Shown: positions 1-12,624 of the stretch, in pieces
Position numbering within the stretch: the stretch's first letter is position 1
Layout of the letters: every line of letters starts with the position of its first letter
Source: Ptychomitrium polyphyllum
Lineage: Eukaryota
DNA length: 64,000 nt
Assembly: GCA_973851085.1 (NCBI GenBank)
Contig: OZ316776.1
Span: 14,384,001 to 14,448,000, forward strand
Reading direction: 5' to 3'
Notes under the pieces: generated by a model
Told to the model about the DNA's origin: nothing
The model's input: the letters and a program-made list of their open reading frames with translations, nothing else
The model's database searches: none
Position numbers and translations under genes: made by a program

Positions 1-968
1 ATCTTCAAATTAAGGCGCTAAATAAGATCTTTGAAATAAAACATCTGGTTTATCTTGGAAGCTACCAAATCCATAGGTAATAACAAAGTCAAATCTGAAA
101 AGCAACATATTCCACCTTCCTTGACGGCAATTCAGAATGCTTGCATTTATAAAGTACCCCAAATTCTTGTGATTCTGTGTATATTATAATGGTATGTTAA
201 GCTCTTTCTAACAAGTGCTATCATTTGTCAAACGCATCCACAATTGCAAGTAATTCCTTATTATGTATATTATAGTTGATTTTTGTCGCTGAGAACTTCC
301 TTGAACAAAAAGCAATTGATTGGAGTCTCCCGTCTTTGTCATATTGTAAGAATACCAAGCCAAGCGCAAAATTTGAAGTATCCACTTCCAAATAAAAAAG
401 CTTTGATGGATTTGGATGAATAAAGATTGAATCTAACGTGAATGATTTCTTAAGATTTTAAAATGTTTTTTCTGCTTCTTCATTCCAAGTGAATTTTTTC
501 TTCCCCGTAAGACGTGTCAATGGTGCAGCAATCTTGGAATAATCCTTGATGAATATCTTATAGAAGTTTCCATATCCCAAGAAGCATTGAACATCTCGAA
601 TTGATCTTGGCATACTCCATTCCATGACAATGGTTATTTTCTTCTCATCCATATGGATTCTTCCTTTGGAAATGATGTAGCCTAAAAATTCAACCGAGAA
701 TTCATGGAAAAGTCAATTCTCCAATTTAGCATATAATCTTGTTGGCATAGTTTTTTTTAAGATTAGTTTCACATGATATTTATAATCTTGTTTATCCTTT
801 GAATATGTCAAAATGTCATCCAAATAGATGACTATGGAATTGTCCAAATATTCATGGAAGATATCATTCATCATATGATGGAAGAGTATAGCAGCATTAG
901 AAAGGCCAAAAGGCATGACATTGTATTCAAAATGGCCATACTTAGATCGAAAGGCGATCTTCCATTCG
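1..968 (-). mobile_element. Degenerate Ty3/gypsy LTR retrotransposon, RT C-terminal part and RNase H (left piece of the host element; continues off the window)
   Basis: Minus-strand translation gives KIAFRSKYGHFEYNVMPFGL, IYLDDIL, CFLGYGNFYKIFI and RNase H remnants, with stops and frameshifts. Joins in frame to 9147 onward once the nested element is removed. Confidence 0.9.
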
Positions 969-2111
969 TGCCGCGCACCTCTTCTTGAGGAGTGCCCACA
1001 ATACTAAGGGCACAAGGGGGACTTTAGAGTGACGTCCGGGACTTATGGCGCTGATAGTGAGGGAACCGAGTGAACCTAGCGTGAGAAGGACCCTTAAGGG
1101 GGGAACATCCTTGCCCATGTAAACCAAGGGCCATGAGAGATAAATAGTAGGCATTGGATGAATCACGAAGAGCTGATTCTAGAATGCTAAAGATTGCTCA
1201 AATCGGACAAGGGAGCTAAAAATTATGGCATCCCAAAGTTGAGGTTGCCAAGGAGCTGTTTTGGACTGTGGCAGCCCTACACAGTGATTGTACTGGAGTG
1301 GGACAGTCCAAGGAGGGACTCCCCGGGAGTCCCGAACCTTGGGAGAGGCGTATCTCCCATAATACTAACTCAAATTGGACGTTTGAGGAGTCTATCGACA
1401 TCTACGCAAAGAGTAGATGACGATAGAGTGGTCGCTTGATACATTTGAGCACCGGATGAGGAAGATATGGCGCCCTAAAGGTCCGTTGGGAGTTCCGGAG
1501 GCTTCCAGCGGCTAAGTCCCAAGGGAGATCGAGTGGTCTTCCAAAACTTTAGGTGTGTCGGGGTTCAACCAGCTACAGAGGGCTAGGGGGCCTACCAAAT
1601 CCCACAGAGAGTACTATAAGGGAGGGCTGGTCCCCCTCCCCACTCCCCTAGTGTCCCGATAGAGACCAAGGGTGAGTCTCGGTTGGTGGAGCTAGTGTTG
1701 GGGCTTTACCACGGGGACTCCCACACCATTGTGAGCTGGTGGACGGCCGGTTTCACGAAGGGAACTAGCACGTTCAAAAGGGTACGCTTGTTACCACTAA
1801 GTTGGGGTGGTGTCTTCACGCCGGCACCATGATGGCCCGGGGTGATCTTAAGATCACATGGGGATCATGAGTGGTGATGAGGAGACACCATTAAGTGTGG
1901 TTAGGCCGTGTGGAATGGGAGTAACACCAAGTGAGGCCTTGGACATGAATGGAAGTCCGCACCTAACCATTGGCTACTAATAAATTGGGTGTCCTAAGAG
2001 AAGTGGTAGAAAGACTTAGAAAGTGAGAATGGGGATTAACCATGTGCATGTGGGGGTGTACAGGGTTGACGTGCATGACGCTTGTTAAGGTGCATTTTAA
2101 GGGTTGCGACA
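969..2111 (+). repeat. 5' LTR (1143 bp)
   Basis: Begins TGCCGCGCACC, ends GGTTGCGACA; direct repeat of 7998-9141; TATA-like CTATAAG near 1614. Confidence 0.97.
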
Positions 2112-2113
2112 TT

Positions 2114-2124
2114 TGGTATCAGAG
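2114..2124 (+). promoter_or_regulatory. Primer binding site complementary to initiator tRNA-Met 3' end
   Basis: TGGTATCAGAG 2 nt after the 5' LTR end. Confidence 0.92.
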
Positions 2125-2163
2125 TAGACTTTGAATATCCAAGTGCTACGTTGCGAGGAGGCT

Positions 2164-5100
2164 ATGGGTAAGAAGAAAGCCGGTGATGGCGGTGAGCTCG
2201 GGGCCTCTAAGCGACCACGTACGAGGGTGAACAAAGACCCCAATCCGATTAGTGAGGCTCCATCCTTTGATTTCAATGAGCAAGGGAATGACATTGGAGT
2301 CACTGAGGAAGTTGAGGAAACTCAACAAGACGAAGCGTTGGAGGGTGGAGAGTACTCAGGAGTTAGGATTCCTGAGCCACCTGAGGGCCTAGAGAGTCAG
2401 GACCCTGACTTAAGTTTTCGCATGAAAATGCTCGAGTTCATGGATGGTGTGAACCAAGAACTCAAGCGTGGCAAAGAAGAAAGGACTCGTCAAGAGAGGT
2501 TAATTGAGCACTTGATGGCACAAGGTTCCAGGTCCTCATCTTTGACCAAGAAGTTGGCCAAAGTGAATATGCCCAGCACTTTTTCTGGACTAGGCAAGGC
2601 CAGGAAGGTGAAGGAGTTTCTTTTGGAAATGGACAACTATTATGATGTTCAAAAGCCAAAGGAGGTGGACAAAGTTTCAATTGCGGTGACCTTTTTGAAA
2701 GACCATGCTCTTCAATGGTGGACAAGTAAAAAGGAGCAAGAGCCGGAGTTGGTGGCAACTTTGTCTTGGGTCAATTTTAAAGAGATTTTGAGTGAAATCT
2801 TCACTCCGGAATACCAAGAGTTGAGGGAGGGCATGAACTTGGTGCAAATGAGGCATACCGGGTTGCTCAAGACTTATGTGCGAGATTTCAACGCCCAAAT
2901 GAATGCCACATTCAAAATGGATGAGTTTTCAAAGAAATGCATCTTTTTGGGTGGGGTTCAAAAGTGGGTGGTGGACGCCTTGTTCAAGTTCCCAAAGCTA
3001 CCGGAGGACATGGCGGGAATCATTAAGATCGCGGAAATAATTGAAGCCAATGGTCCCGAAAGAAAATCAAGTGGTCCCTCTCAACAAAGTGGATTGAGCC
3101 GAAATGTATCTCGCGGCGGAGAACGCAAGAAATTTGGCTTTGGAAACAAACACAAGGGACAAGTAGATGGAAGGGCCTACAACAAAGTGGACCATCATGA
3201 GTGAAAACCATTCAAATCGGGAGATAAGAGTGCTATCATAGGTTAAGGATCGCAATAGTTGGCGCCCCGAGCGGGAAGCCAGCGGTGTTATATCTCTTAT
3301 GATGAGATAGAAAAATTTACTGCGCCTTCTTTGCTCTGCCCTTGTGCTATTCAATATAGCAGTTCCCGGGGACGGGCAAATAATGAGAATGATATTTTCA
3401 TCCTGACAAAGCAGATAAGCATAAGCTGCCTGGGCCATAATAACCTCTTCTACTACAACTTATTTAGTCAGGGCGTAAGCTCCAATAAACCGGATACGGT
3501 TATTTAGTAATAAGACGGTTAATAAATTGATGGCTTTTCATTTCACAACATAAATTGAATTCTTAAAAATGTGGGAAAGCTTGCGAGGACTTAAGTCCTC
3601 GCAAACATTAGAATTTTGGATTAATTTAGCTTCTAATTCGCCCCTGAGGTGAAGCACAAGCATTGCCACGGGTGTGGCAAGATTGGTCACTTCATTGCGG
3701 AGTGCCCCGATAAAAAGCTGAGTACCAAAGCTTGTTACACTTGTGTTGTGGATCACATTTTAGGAGGTGGATTTGTGGCCAAGGCTAGTAGCCTTAAGCC
3801 AAGGTCGAGTCTCTTATACCTTAAGGCCCAAATAAATGGCAAAAATGTTTCATGTTTGATTGACACAGGGGCAACGCACTCTTTTCTGAGTCCCAAGCTA
3901 GCAAGGAAGTTGGGCTTGTCAGCTCAAAAAGCTAGTAAGCCCATCAACGTGCGATTTGCAAAAGGCAAACCGTACGAGACGAAGAAGGTGGTGTTGGATG
4001 TGGCCTTAAGCAGTGGAACATTGGAGTTGAAGGAAAGCTTTACACTATGTGAGATGGATGAGGTAGACCTCATTTTAAGTGATACCTTTTTTGAAACTCA
4101 TGTGGTGGATGTGAAACAAAGGCCAACAGGGTTAGTAGTGCGCCGTGGTGGGAAAGAGACAATATTGAAGTTGACTAGGACTCCTATGGATGCGGGAGGC
4201 AAGTTGAACTTAGTCTCTTTAGAACAACTAGAGAATAATCAATTTGTGGTTGTGATGCGAATGGAACAAGAAGAGGGGAATAGGCCAAGTTCTAAGGAGG
4301 TTACGACTATTCACAAGTGCATTCAAAATATACTAAGTGGTTACAAGGATGTGCTCACCAATGAGCTGCCCGCAGAGTTACCGCCAAGAAGAGAAGTGGA
4401 TCACAAAATTGAAGTGATACCGGGAACGGAGCCTCCTTCAAAGGCTCCATACCGGTTGAACCAAAAAGAGCTAGAGGAGTTGAAGAAGCAATTGAATGAC
4501 TTGTTGGAAAGAGGCTATGTTAGGCCAAGTAAGTTGCCATATGGAGCGCCGGTCCTCTTTGTAGACAAAAAGGATGGCAAGCTCCGCATGTGCGTCGACT
4601 ATAGAGCCTTGAATAAAGCCACCATCAAGAACAACTATCCTTTGCCTCGCATTGATGACCTCTTTGATAGATTGGCGGGAGCTAAATACTTTAGTCGGAT
4701 AGACTTGAAATCGGGCTACTATCAAATCCGCATTGCGGATGAAGACGTGCCAAAGACCGCATGCCGCACTAGGTATGGGTCCTATGAATTTTTGGTGATG
4801 CCATTCGGGTTGTGTAATGCTCCTTTGACGTTCACGACCCTCATGAATACCATCTTTCGAGAAGAGATGGATGACTTTGTCATTGTCTACATTGATGACA
4901 TCTTGGTGTACTCCAAATCGGCGGAAGAACATGCAAGGCACCTCAAAGTGGTGCTTCAAAAGCTTAGGGACCACAAACTTTATGCCAATGGAGAAAAGAG
5001 TGAATTTGCTCAACTTGAGATTGAGTTCTTGGGCCATATAGTGACGGATGATGGAATCAAGCCGGACATAAGGAAGATAAAGGCCATTAGAGAGTGGAAA

Positions 5101-7206
5101 CAACCTTCTACACAAAAGGGCCTGAGATCATTTCTCGGCCTAGCAAATTATTATAGGAGGTTCATACGCAACTTCTCCAAAATTGCTAGACCTTTGTCCG
5201 ACTTGTTGAAGAAAGGAGCTAGCCAAGTATGGGATGGATTTTGTCACCAAGCTTTTCAAGAACTCAAGGATAAGTTGTCACAACCGCCGGTATTGAAGTT
5301 TCCCGAGTTTGGAAAGCCCTTTGAGGTCCACACGGATGCAAGTGACTTTGCCATTGGCGGAGTGCTCATGCAAGAAGGCATGCCAATTGCCTATGAGAGC
5401 AAGAAGTTGGATGGGTGCCAGAAGAGGTGGCCCACGCACAAGAAAGAACTCTTTGTTGTAGTGCATTGCTTGAAAACATGGCAACACTACTTGGGCCTAC
5501 ATAAAACCAAAGTCTACACGGACAACGTGTCCTTGAAGTACTTTGAATCGCAGGCACAAATGAGTGCAAAACAATTGAGGTGGCACGACACCTTGGCACT
5601 CATGAATGTGGATTTGATCCACAAGCCAAGGCGTGACAATGTAGTGTCGGATGCTCTAAATAGGCGGGAAGAGTTGCAAGCGATGGGTACAACCCAAGTC
5701 CTGCGAGTAATGTATAAGGGAGAAGGCAATTTGGAAAGGAAGATAAGAGAGGGGTACATGAAGGACTCCGAAGCACAAAGGCTTCTCGGCAAGCTTAAGA
5801 AGGGTAAGAAACTTAAGGAAATTAAGTTGGAGAAGGGATTGCTAAAGTACAAACAAAGTCAGGTGTATGTGCCCCAAGAAAAACTACGGTTGTTGGTTTT
5901 GAAAGAAGAACACAATAGTCCCATAGCCGGCCATAGAGGGAAAAAAACCACCATAGCGGCGGTGTCAAGAAGGTACTATTGGCCGGGTATAAAAGCGGAC
6001 ATCACCGACTTTGTGAAAACTTGTGTGAAGTGCCAGCTGAATAGAGCTTCTTATCAAAAGCAAGCGAGTCTACTACAACCTTTGCCAATTCCGCTGGGTC
6101 CATGGCATAGTGTGTCCATGGACTTCATCACAAGTCTTCCGGATTTGCAAGGGCATAATGCCATCTTTGTGATGGTGGATCGCTTTAGCAAGTTGGCGCA
6201 CATGGGGCCAACTAGAGGAACCGTCACTGCACATGAGACCGCAAAGCTATTCTTCAATGCATGGTGGAAACACCACGGGTTGCCGAGAGTGATTGTGTCG
6301 GACCGAGATCCAAAATTCACTAGTGCTTTTTGGAAACATTTCTTTAGGAAAGTTGGAACCAAATTGACTTTTAGCACTGCCTTCCATCCTTAAACGGATG
6401 GGCAAACGGAACGAGTGAATGGAGTCTTGAACCAATACTTGAGGAACTTTGTGAGTGCGGACCAGTGCGATTGGGCGGATTATGTGAGCTTAGCGGACTT
6501 AAGTTACAATGCGGCCAACCATTCGGCGACAAAGCAGTCACCATTTAAGGTGGCCTATGGAGTGGAGCCACTCCAGCTTGCCGACTTAGCTCTTGAAGGG
6601 GCACATTCAACACTAGAGTTTAACCAAGATGGTGAAGACTTGGCCAAAAAGCAAGAACAAATGTTGGAGAAGACCAAGCTTTTGTTGGAAAAGGCACAAA
6701 AACGGTACGAGAAACAAGTCAATGCCGGAAGACGTGAAGTGGAGTATGAAGTAGGCCAAAAGGTATTGTTGAATGTGAAGAACTTTAGCTTGCCCGAAGG
6801 CCTCACTCCAAAGTTCATGTCCAAATTTGCAAGGCCGTTTTCCATTGTGGAGCGGATGTTTAAGGATGTGTACAAGTTGGAGCTACCACCCGAAATCAAA
6901 GTGCACCCAACATTTCATGTCTCACTCCTCAAGCCATTTAAAAACGATACCTTGTGGCCCAATCGCAAACAAGTGATTTGACCACAATTGGTGGAATTGG
7001 TGGGCGACCACTTGGAATATGAAGTAGAAGGAATTCTCAAGTGTAGGCACCACAAAAAAGTAGGAAAAGAGTATTTGGTGAAGTGGAGAGGGTACCATGA
7101 AAAGGAAGCAACTTGAGTAGCGGCCAAGGACTTGGGAAATGCCAATGAAGTGGTGGAACGCTTTGAAAGGGATAGGAACTCCAACAAAAGACAACGTCGG
7201 CATTGA
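2164..7206 (+). pseudogene. gag-pol polyprotein (gag, CCHC knuckle, aspartic protease, RT, RNase H, integrase, chromodomain), disrupted
   Basis: One frame throughout: [35 protein letters not shown], integrase SMDF and SDRD, chromodomain EYEVEGILK..EYLVKWRGY. Interrupted by the 3202-3648 insert and stops at 6391 (HP*TDG), 6979 and 7114. Confidence 0.95.
3202..3648. other. 447-bp non-retroviral insertion inside gag
   Basis: Removing it fuses NKVDHHE to VKHKHCHGC in frame; TGAG occurs at both junctions (3198-3201, 3645-3648); contains a perfect 24-bp palindrome at 3581-3604. Confidence 0.8.
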
Positions 7207-7984
7207 TGAGGACATCAATCTCTTTTAGTAGGAAGAGAGTGGCTTGTAGCAATAACTTCTTCACATCATGTATTGGTTCCTTGACTTATGGCAATAAAGT
7301 TCAACTTTTGTGTGTGCAAAGAGAAGAGTATAAGATGACGTCCTAGTCTTGTGTTTGTGCTAAGTTGGTAGAAGAGGGGGAATAGACATGTGAAACCAAG
7401 TTGGGAAGGCCGAGTAATGGAAAATAAGGTTGGGAGGAGGAATGGTTAAAACCATGAAACCTCCTCACCTCGGGCTTATTCGGGCGAGGACAAGATAATG
7501 GCGCGTGCTCATAAAAAGCGCCACTCCTACAAACTAACAAAAGTTAGTGCATAGGAGTCATGAATCCATGTCTCAATAGAGATAGTGGGATCCAGGTTGG
7601 GCGGAACTTGGCATTACTCCCGTGCGATCGAGTCGTGGAATAAAAGCCACCTTGGGTTTGCAACCAAGACAATTTGGTGGAGCATTGAGGTCCAGCCTAG
7701 TCAAAAAGGAAGAGTTAGGGAAGTGTGGCTTAACTAGGGAGTGTATCCCAAGAGGGTCTCAAAGTAGGTAGGTCTAGAATAGTTTAGGGCCCCAAAGATT
7801 TTTGTCTAGGGTGCCTAAACAGACCACCTCCTAAACGACACCTTTGAGACATTGCCAAAGACTTATGAGTGCATTGTGGGGATCGCACCCTGGATGAAAC
7901 ACAATGCTGCACCACTAGAGGATGGCAACCTTGGAATTGGTGTGCCGACTACAAGTATAGTCGATGAGGGCATCGACTCCATTT

Positions 7985-7997
7985 GGGTGGAGGTGAA
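7985..7997 (+). promoter_or_regulatory. Polypurine tract
   Basis: GGGTGGAGGTGAA immediately before the 3' LTR. Confidence 0.8.
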
Positions 7998-9141
7998 TGT
8001 CGCGCACCTCGCCCTGAGGAGTGCCTGCAACACTAAGGGCACAAGGGAGACCTCAAAGTGAAGTCCGGGACTTATGGCGCCGATAGTGAGGAGAACCGAG
8101 TGGACCTAACATGGGAAGGACCCCTAGGGGGAGAACATTCTTGTCCATGTAGACCAAGGGCCACGAGAGATAAATAGTAGGCATTGGATGAATCACAAAG
8201 AGCTGATTCTAGAATGCTAAAGATTGCTCAAATCGGACAAGGGAGCTAAAAATTATGGCATCCCAAAGTTGAGGTTGCCAAGGAGCTGTTTTGGACTGTG
8301 GCAGCCCTACACAGTGATTGTACTGGAGTGGGACAGTCCAAGGAGGGACTCCCCGGGAGTCCCGAACCTTGGGAGAGGCGTATCTCCCATAATACTAACT
8401 CAAATTGGACGTTTGAGGAGTTTATCGACATCTACGCAAAGAGTAGATGACGATAGAGTGGTCGCTTGATACATTTGAGCACCGGATGAGGAAGATATGG
8501 CGCCCTAAAGGTCCGTTGGGAGTTCCGGAGGCTTCCAGCGGCTAAGTCCCAAGGGAGATCGAGTGGTCTTCCAAAACTTTAGGTGTGTCGGGGTTCAACC
8601 AGCTACAGAGGGCTAGGGGGCCTACCAAATCCCACAGAGAGTACTATAAGGGAGGGCTGGTCCCCCTCCCCACTCCCCTAGTGTCCCGATAGAGACCAAG
8701 GGTGAGTCTCGGTTGGTGGAGCTAGTGTTGGGGCTTTACCACGGGGACTCCCACACCATTGTGAGCTGGTGGACGGCCGGTTTCACGAAGGGAACTAGCA
8801 CGTTCAAAAGGGTACGCTTGTTACCACTAAGTTGGGGTGGTGTCTTCACGCCGGCACCATGATGGCCCGGGGTGATCTTAAGATCACATGGGGATCATGA
8901 GTGGTGATGAGGAGACACCATTAAGTGTGGTTAGGCCGTGTGGAATGGGAGTAACACCAAGTGAGGCCTTGGACATGAATGGAAGTCCGCACCTAACCAT
9001 TGGCTACTAATAAATTGGGTGTCCTAAGAGAAGTGGTAGAAAGACTTAGAAAGTGAGAATGGGGATTAACCATGTGCATGTGGGGGTGTACAGGGTTGAT
9101 GTGCATGACGCTTGTTAAGGTGCATTTTAAGGGTTGCGACA
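7998..9141 (+). repeat. 3' LTR (1144 bp)
   Basis: Begins TGTCGCGCACC, ends GGTTGCGACA; direct repeat of 969-2111. Confidence 0.97.
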
Positions 9142-9146
9142 GTTCG

Positions 9147-11341
9147 TCTCCTTTTTTTATGCGTGTAAGATTGTAGGTTCCTTTAAAATCAATCTTAGTA
9201 AATATCTTTGCTTGACCAAGTTGTTGTAGGAGTTCTAAGATTAATGATAATGAATAGCAATTCTTCTTGATTATTTTATCAAAAGCTTAATAATCCATGC
9301 ACATATGTAATGAACCATTGTTCTTCTTTACAAATAGAATGGGTGCTCCAGTAGGTGATTTAGAATATTAGATGAAGCCCTTTTTAAGATTTTTATCAAT
9401 ATATTATCTCAAAGCAGCAAACTCGGTTTGTGATAGGTTATAAATAGGTCCAAAAGTTGGTTGGGCTCTTTCTTGCAACACAATGGCACAATTTTAAGGC
9501 CAGTGTTTTGATAATATGTTTGCATTTTTTTCCTCAAACGTCTTTATAATTTTGGTAATGATGAGGTATGCCCTGATTAGTCTTTGGTATAGAGTCAAAC
9601 ATTGGCGTGGCATAAATGGCATAGATTGATTTATTCTTTAATGTCATCTATTAATTTAATTTTAATAAGAAACATAAAACAAGAAGTTGGAGGTAATAAG
9701 AGACCTTGATTTAATGGTTGTTTTCTTGTAATGTCCAATCGCATAGTTCCTACTATGATTGGAGAAATTCTATGCTTACAATACAAGCATAGATTTCCTC
9801 TTCAAAGTTTTTTTTTTTCCTTCTGGAATCAAACGTCTAAATTAGGCACCATCAATTTGCATAGGTTTTGGTATTTGTAGTCGGCTTTCCGATACTTTTG
9901 AAGAAGTGGTAGACATGCTTTAATGTATTAGTCGCCATCCCAAGTGTTGTTCTTGACGCCTCTCAAATACTCAATTGTCACATGCTATTACTTGAGTAAT
10001 GAATTTGTCCAATGTTTCAACTTTTGGCATTGTAAATAGAAAGTCCTTTACATTCTCTTTTGTCCTCCATTATAATTATATGACCAAGGCCTTATCATTC
10101 CAATTAAAATCGCAAACTAGTTGTTTAACTTTGCAGCATAAGCAATAGTCAAGCATTGTCCTTGTTGTAAACTTTGAATCCTTGTTTCAACCACCCTCTC
10201 TCACTCGGTGTCTCCAAAAGTAGATGTCAATGTTTCCATGAAAGTATCTAAGTTGCCAATAATAGTAATTATTTCTTCATTAATGGTGCGAACCACGATA
10301 GTGCATTTTGTAATAAAAAGCTGGATACAAATCCCACTTGACTAGTGCCATCAAGATTGATGCAAAATAAAGAAGAGCCTTACTTATTGAATAAAGCTTC
10401 TTAACTTTGATCTTGATCCATTAAACTTGTCTAGTATACTAATCTTTGGCTCTACATGGTTTTGACGTAAATCTTCTCTTTCAGTATTGGCCTCTCGCAA
10501 TCAAACAAACTCTTAATATAGACTCTGAATATCGCCATTGAATTCTTCAGCTTGTTAAGTGTGCTGCTCTAAATTGTTGGTGGTGTTGAAGCGAGCCAAT
10601 TCCGTTTGAATTGTATTTAATAACCCTTGAAGGTCTGCAATAGTTGCAAACCTATTCTTTGATGTTTTAGGCATGTTATTCATTACCTCAGATTATTAAA
10701 GGCGAGAAAACTATGAATATCTTCAAAAGAGGGTAATCCACGCCATTTGAAAGATTAATCTTCTTCAAAAGAAGTGATATTTGCTTTTAGAAGAAGAAAC
10801 CAACTTATAGTGTCAGTTTAGAGGAGGGTAATTTGCAACCTTTAAAATACTATGGAATCCTAAAGAAGATGAATAATATATTATCTTCTTCAAAAAACCT
10901 TAGCTTTGACAAAGATGAAGTATAATCTTAGAAACATAAGAAATAAGAAGCAGAAACGAAGTATTTCCTAAGAATTAGCTTCCAAAGAACTATTGATTAA
11001 CAATAACTAATACAAAGACAAGAATAAGGCAGGATACAACATGATCTACAACTTGTATTGACAAGACTAAAAAATACCTTGTCTTGTTTTCTATTTATAT
11101 TATGACACTTGTATTTCTTATGATATTTCTAAAAAAGCTTCTTATAAGACTTAAGAATGCTCTAGAAGTCTATGAAACTTTCCTAAGAAGTTTCTTGAGG
11201 TGGTGGAACTTTTTTAGGAAATTTCCTAAAAACGTGAAAACGACTATAGAGACATTGAAAGTATTCTAAAAAGGTACCATAATATACCAAAAGGTTCTAA
11301 AAGGTTCTAAAGACTATGTTGCATAATCTATGTCCATGATA
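9147..11341 (-). mobile_element. Right piece of the decayed host Ty3/gypsy element (RT N-terminus, gag remnant, putative 5' LTR); Tcn1-like gag
   Basis: Minus strand reads QAKIFTKIDFKGTYNLTRIKKGDE, PILFVKKNNGSLHMCMDY, and gag remnant MPKTSKNRFATIADLQ..EPKISILDKFNGSRSKLR from ~10674, with many stops. Confidence 0.85.
10811..11341 (-). repeat. Putative 5' LTR of the host element
   Basis: Bounded by TGTCA...TGATA (degenerate terminal inverted repeat), TATA-like ATATAAATAGA on the minus strand near 11095, repeated TTCTAGAA/GGTTCTAAA motifs. Partner LTR is outside the window, so the ends are unconfirmed. Confidence 0.5.
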
Positions 11342-12624
11342 TTTTGGTGATATAATATGATGTTTTTGGATAAGGACTTTGAATTATTATACACAAGGTT
11401 TGAAAGAAAAAAATCAAAGTTTTAAATATTTTTCAAAAAGCTTCATTATTTTGTCAATTGAAGAAATTTTTGGATCTTAATCTTGATGTAATATAGGTTG
11501 TCATGCTTTTGAATGGAAAAAAATCTAGGAATAAAAATTATTGAATAATGATCTTATTTTGAAATTAAAAGACAACAAACGAGGAAGAATTGGTTGATAA
11601 GCATTAGTTGTATATTTATTTTTTATTTATTTTCATGAATACTTTAAAAAATTAGCTTTTTTTTTGATAAAATTGATAATTTACATAGATTGTATAAAAT
11701 AACACAATTTGCATAATACTTTTATAGATTTTTAATAATTTTAGACATGTATTAATCTTGTAATAAATTAATATAATATATTAATATAATATATTAATTA
11801 CTTATTAATTTTTATTAATTTTTTATTTAAAACAGTATTATTTTTAAAGAATAGTTTTAAAAATTGCATTATTTATTTGTTCTATCTTTATAAACAACCT
11901 TATTACATGCTAATGGAAAGCAACATATAGCTATATTATATTCAAAAACAAGAATGGTATCACAAATGATTTGTTCCTTGTATCTTTGTCAAGTTTGGTC
12001 ATTATATTTTAATTGATCCAAAATCTAATTGCAAATGAAATCAAAAATTTGTCAATTCCAATAATGATAGTATAGAGTGCGAGGAATGATGTTCATACTT
12101 GTGATTTATGAAGCAACACACTAGCAAGTTGCTAGACATCAACATCAATATTTTGCATTTTGTAGAAGTGATTTTGGAATTTACAATGTATGGTTTTGGG
12201 ATTACTTTGACACCTTTTATTGGCATAATGAATGGACTTCTTCTAAGTGCAAAGCACACTTTTGAAAATTTATATTTATAGTTTTGGATATTATCATGAG
12301 TGGAAACTTATACCACACAATTTAAACATGAGCCAAGTTATATCACAACTTTGAGATTAGATGTACTTTATTTTGAAAATGCATAATAATACATTCAGCT
12401 CAAAATCTACTTTTCTATCCATGAGTCTTTCTTTCCCAAAAATAACCTTGTAAAGAATAGCCACACTCTTTTAAGTTGATGGTTTAAGGACAGCATACCA
12501 TAAAGGAGTAACAGCAATTGCTCGTTGAGGGCTGGTGAAAACTATGGCCTTCGTTGTATTAGCAGATATACAAAGGCGTCATAAATCCCTTCCTACGTAA
12601 GCCCCTTCAGTATACAGATGTCGT

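Larger units (their letters stand above)
969..9141 (+). mobile_element. Full-length Ty3/gypsy chromovirus LTR retrotransposon (~8.2 kb), non-functional
   Basis: Two ~1.14 kb LTRs with TG...CA ends, PBS, PPT, gag-PR-RT-RNaseH-IN-chromodomain order; flanked by ATTCG (964-968) and GTTCG (9142-9146), a 5-bp TSD with one mismatch. Confidence 0.97.

Noticed and set aside
1194..1439. Identical 81-aa ORFs at 1194 and 8224
   Set aside because: Both lie inside the LTRs and start with TTG; the duplication simply reflects the LTR repeat.
1842..1857. GTGATCTTAAGATCAC palindrome in both LTRs
   Set aside because: Short; small hairpins are ordinary in LTRs and I have no evidence of a special role.
3201..3648. 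gag insert as a spliceosomal intron (GT..AG ends)
   Set aside because: Splicing at those ends yields GAG TGA (stop) and there is no good polypyrimidine tract.
4471..5115. 214-aa antisense ORF, and similar antisense ORFs over NRL, FUT and FTHFS (e.g. 62090-62623)
   Set aside because: Shadow ORFs opposite real coding sequence, with no recognisable motifs.
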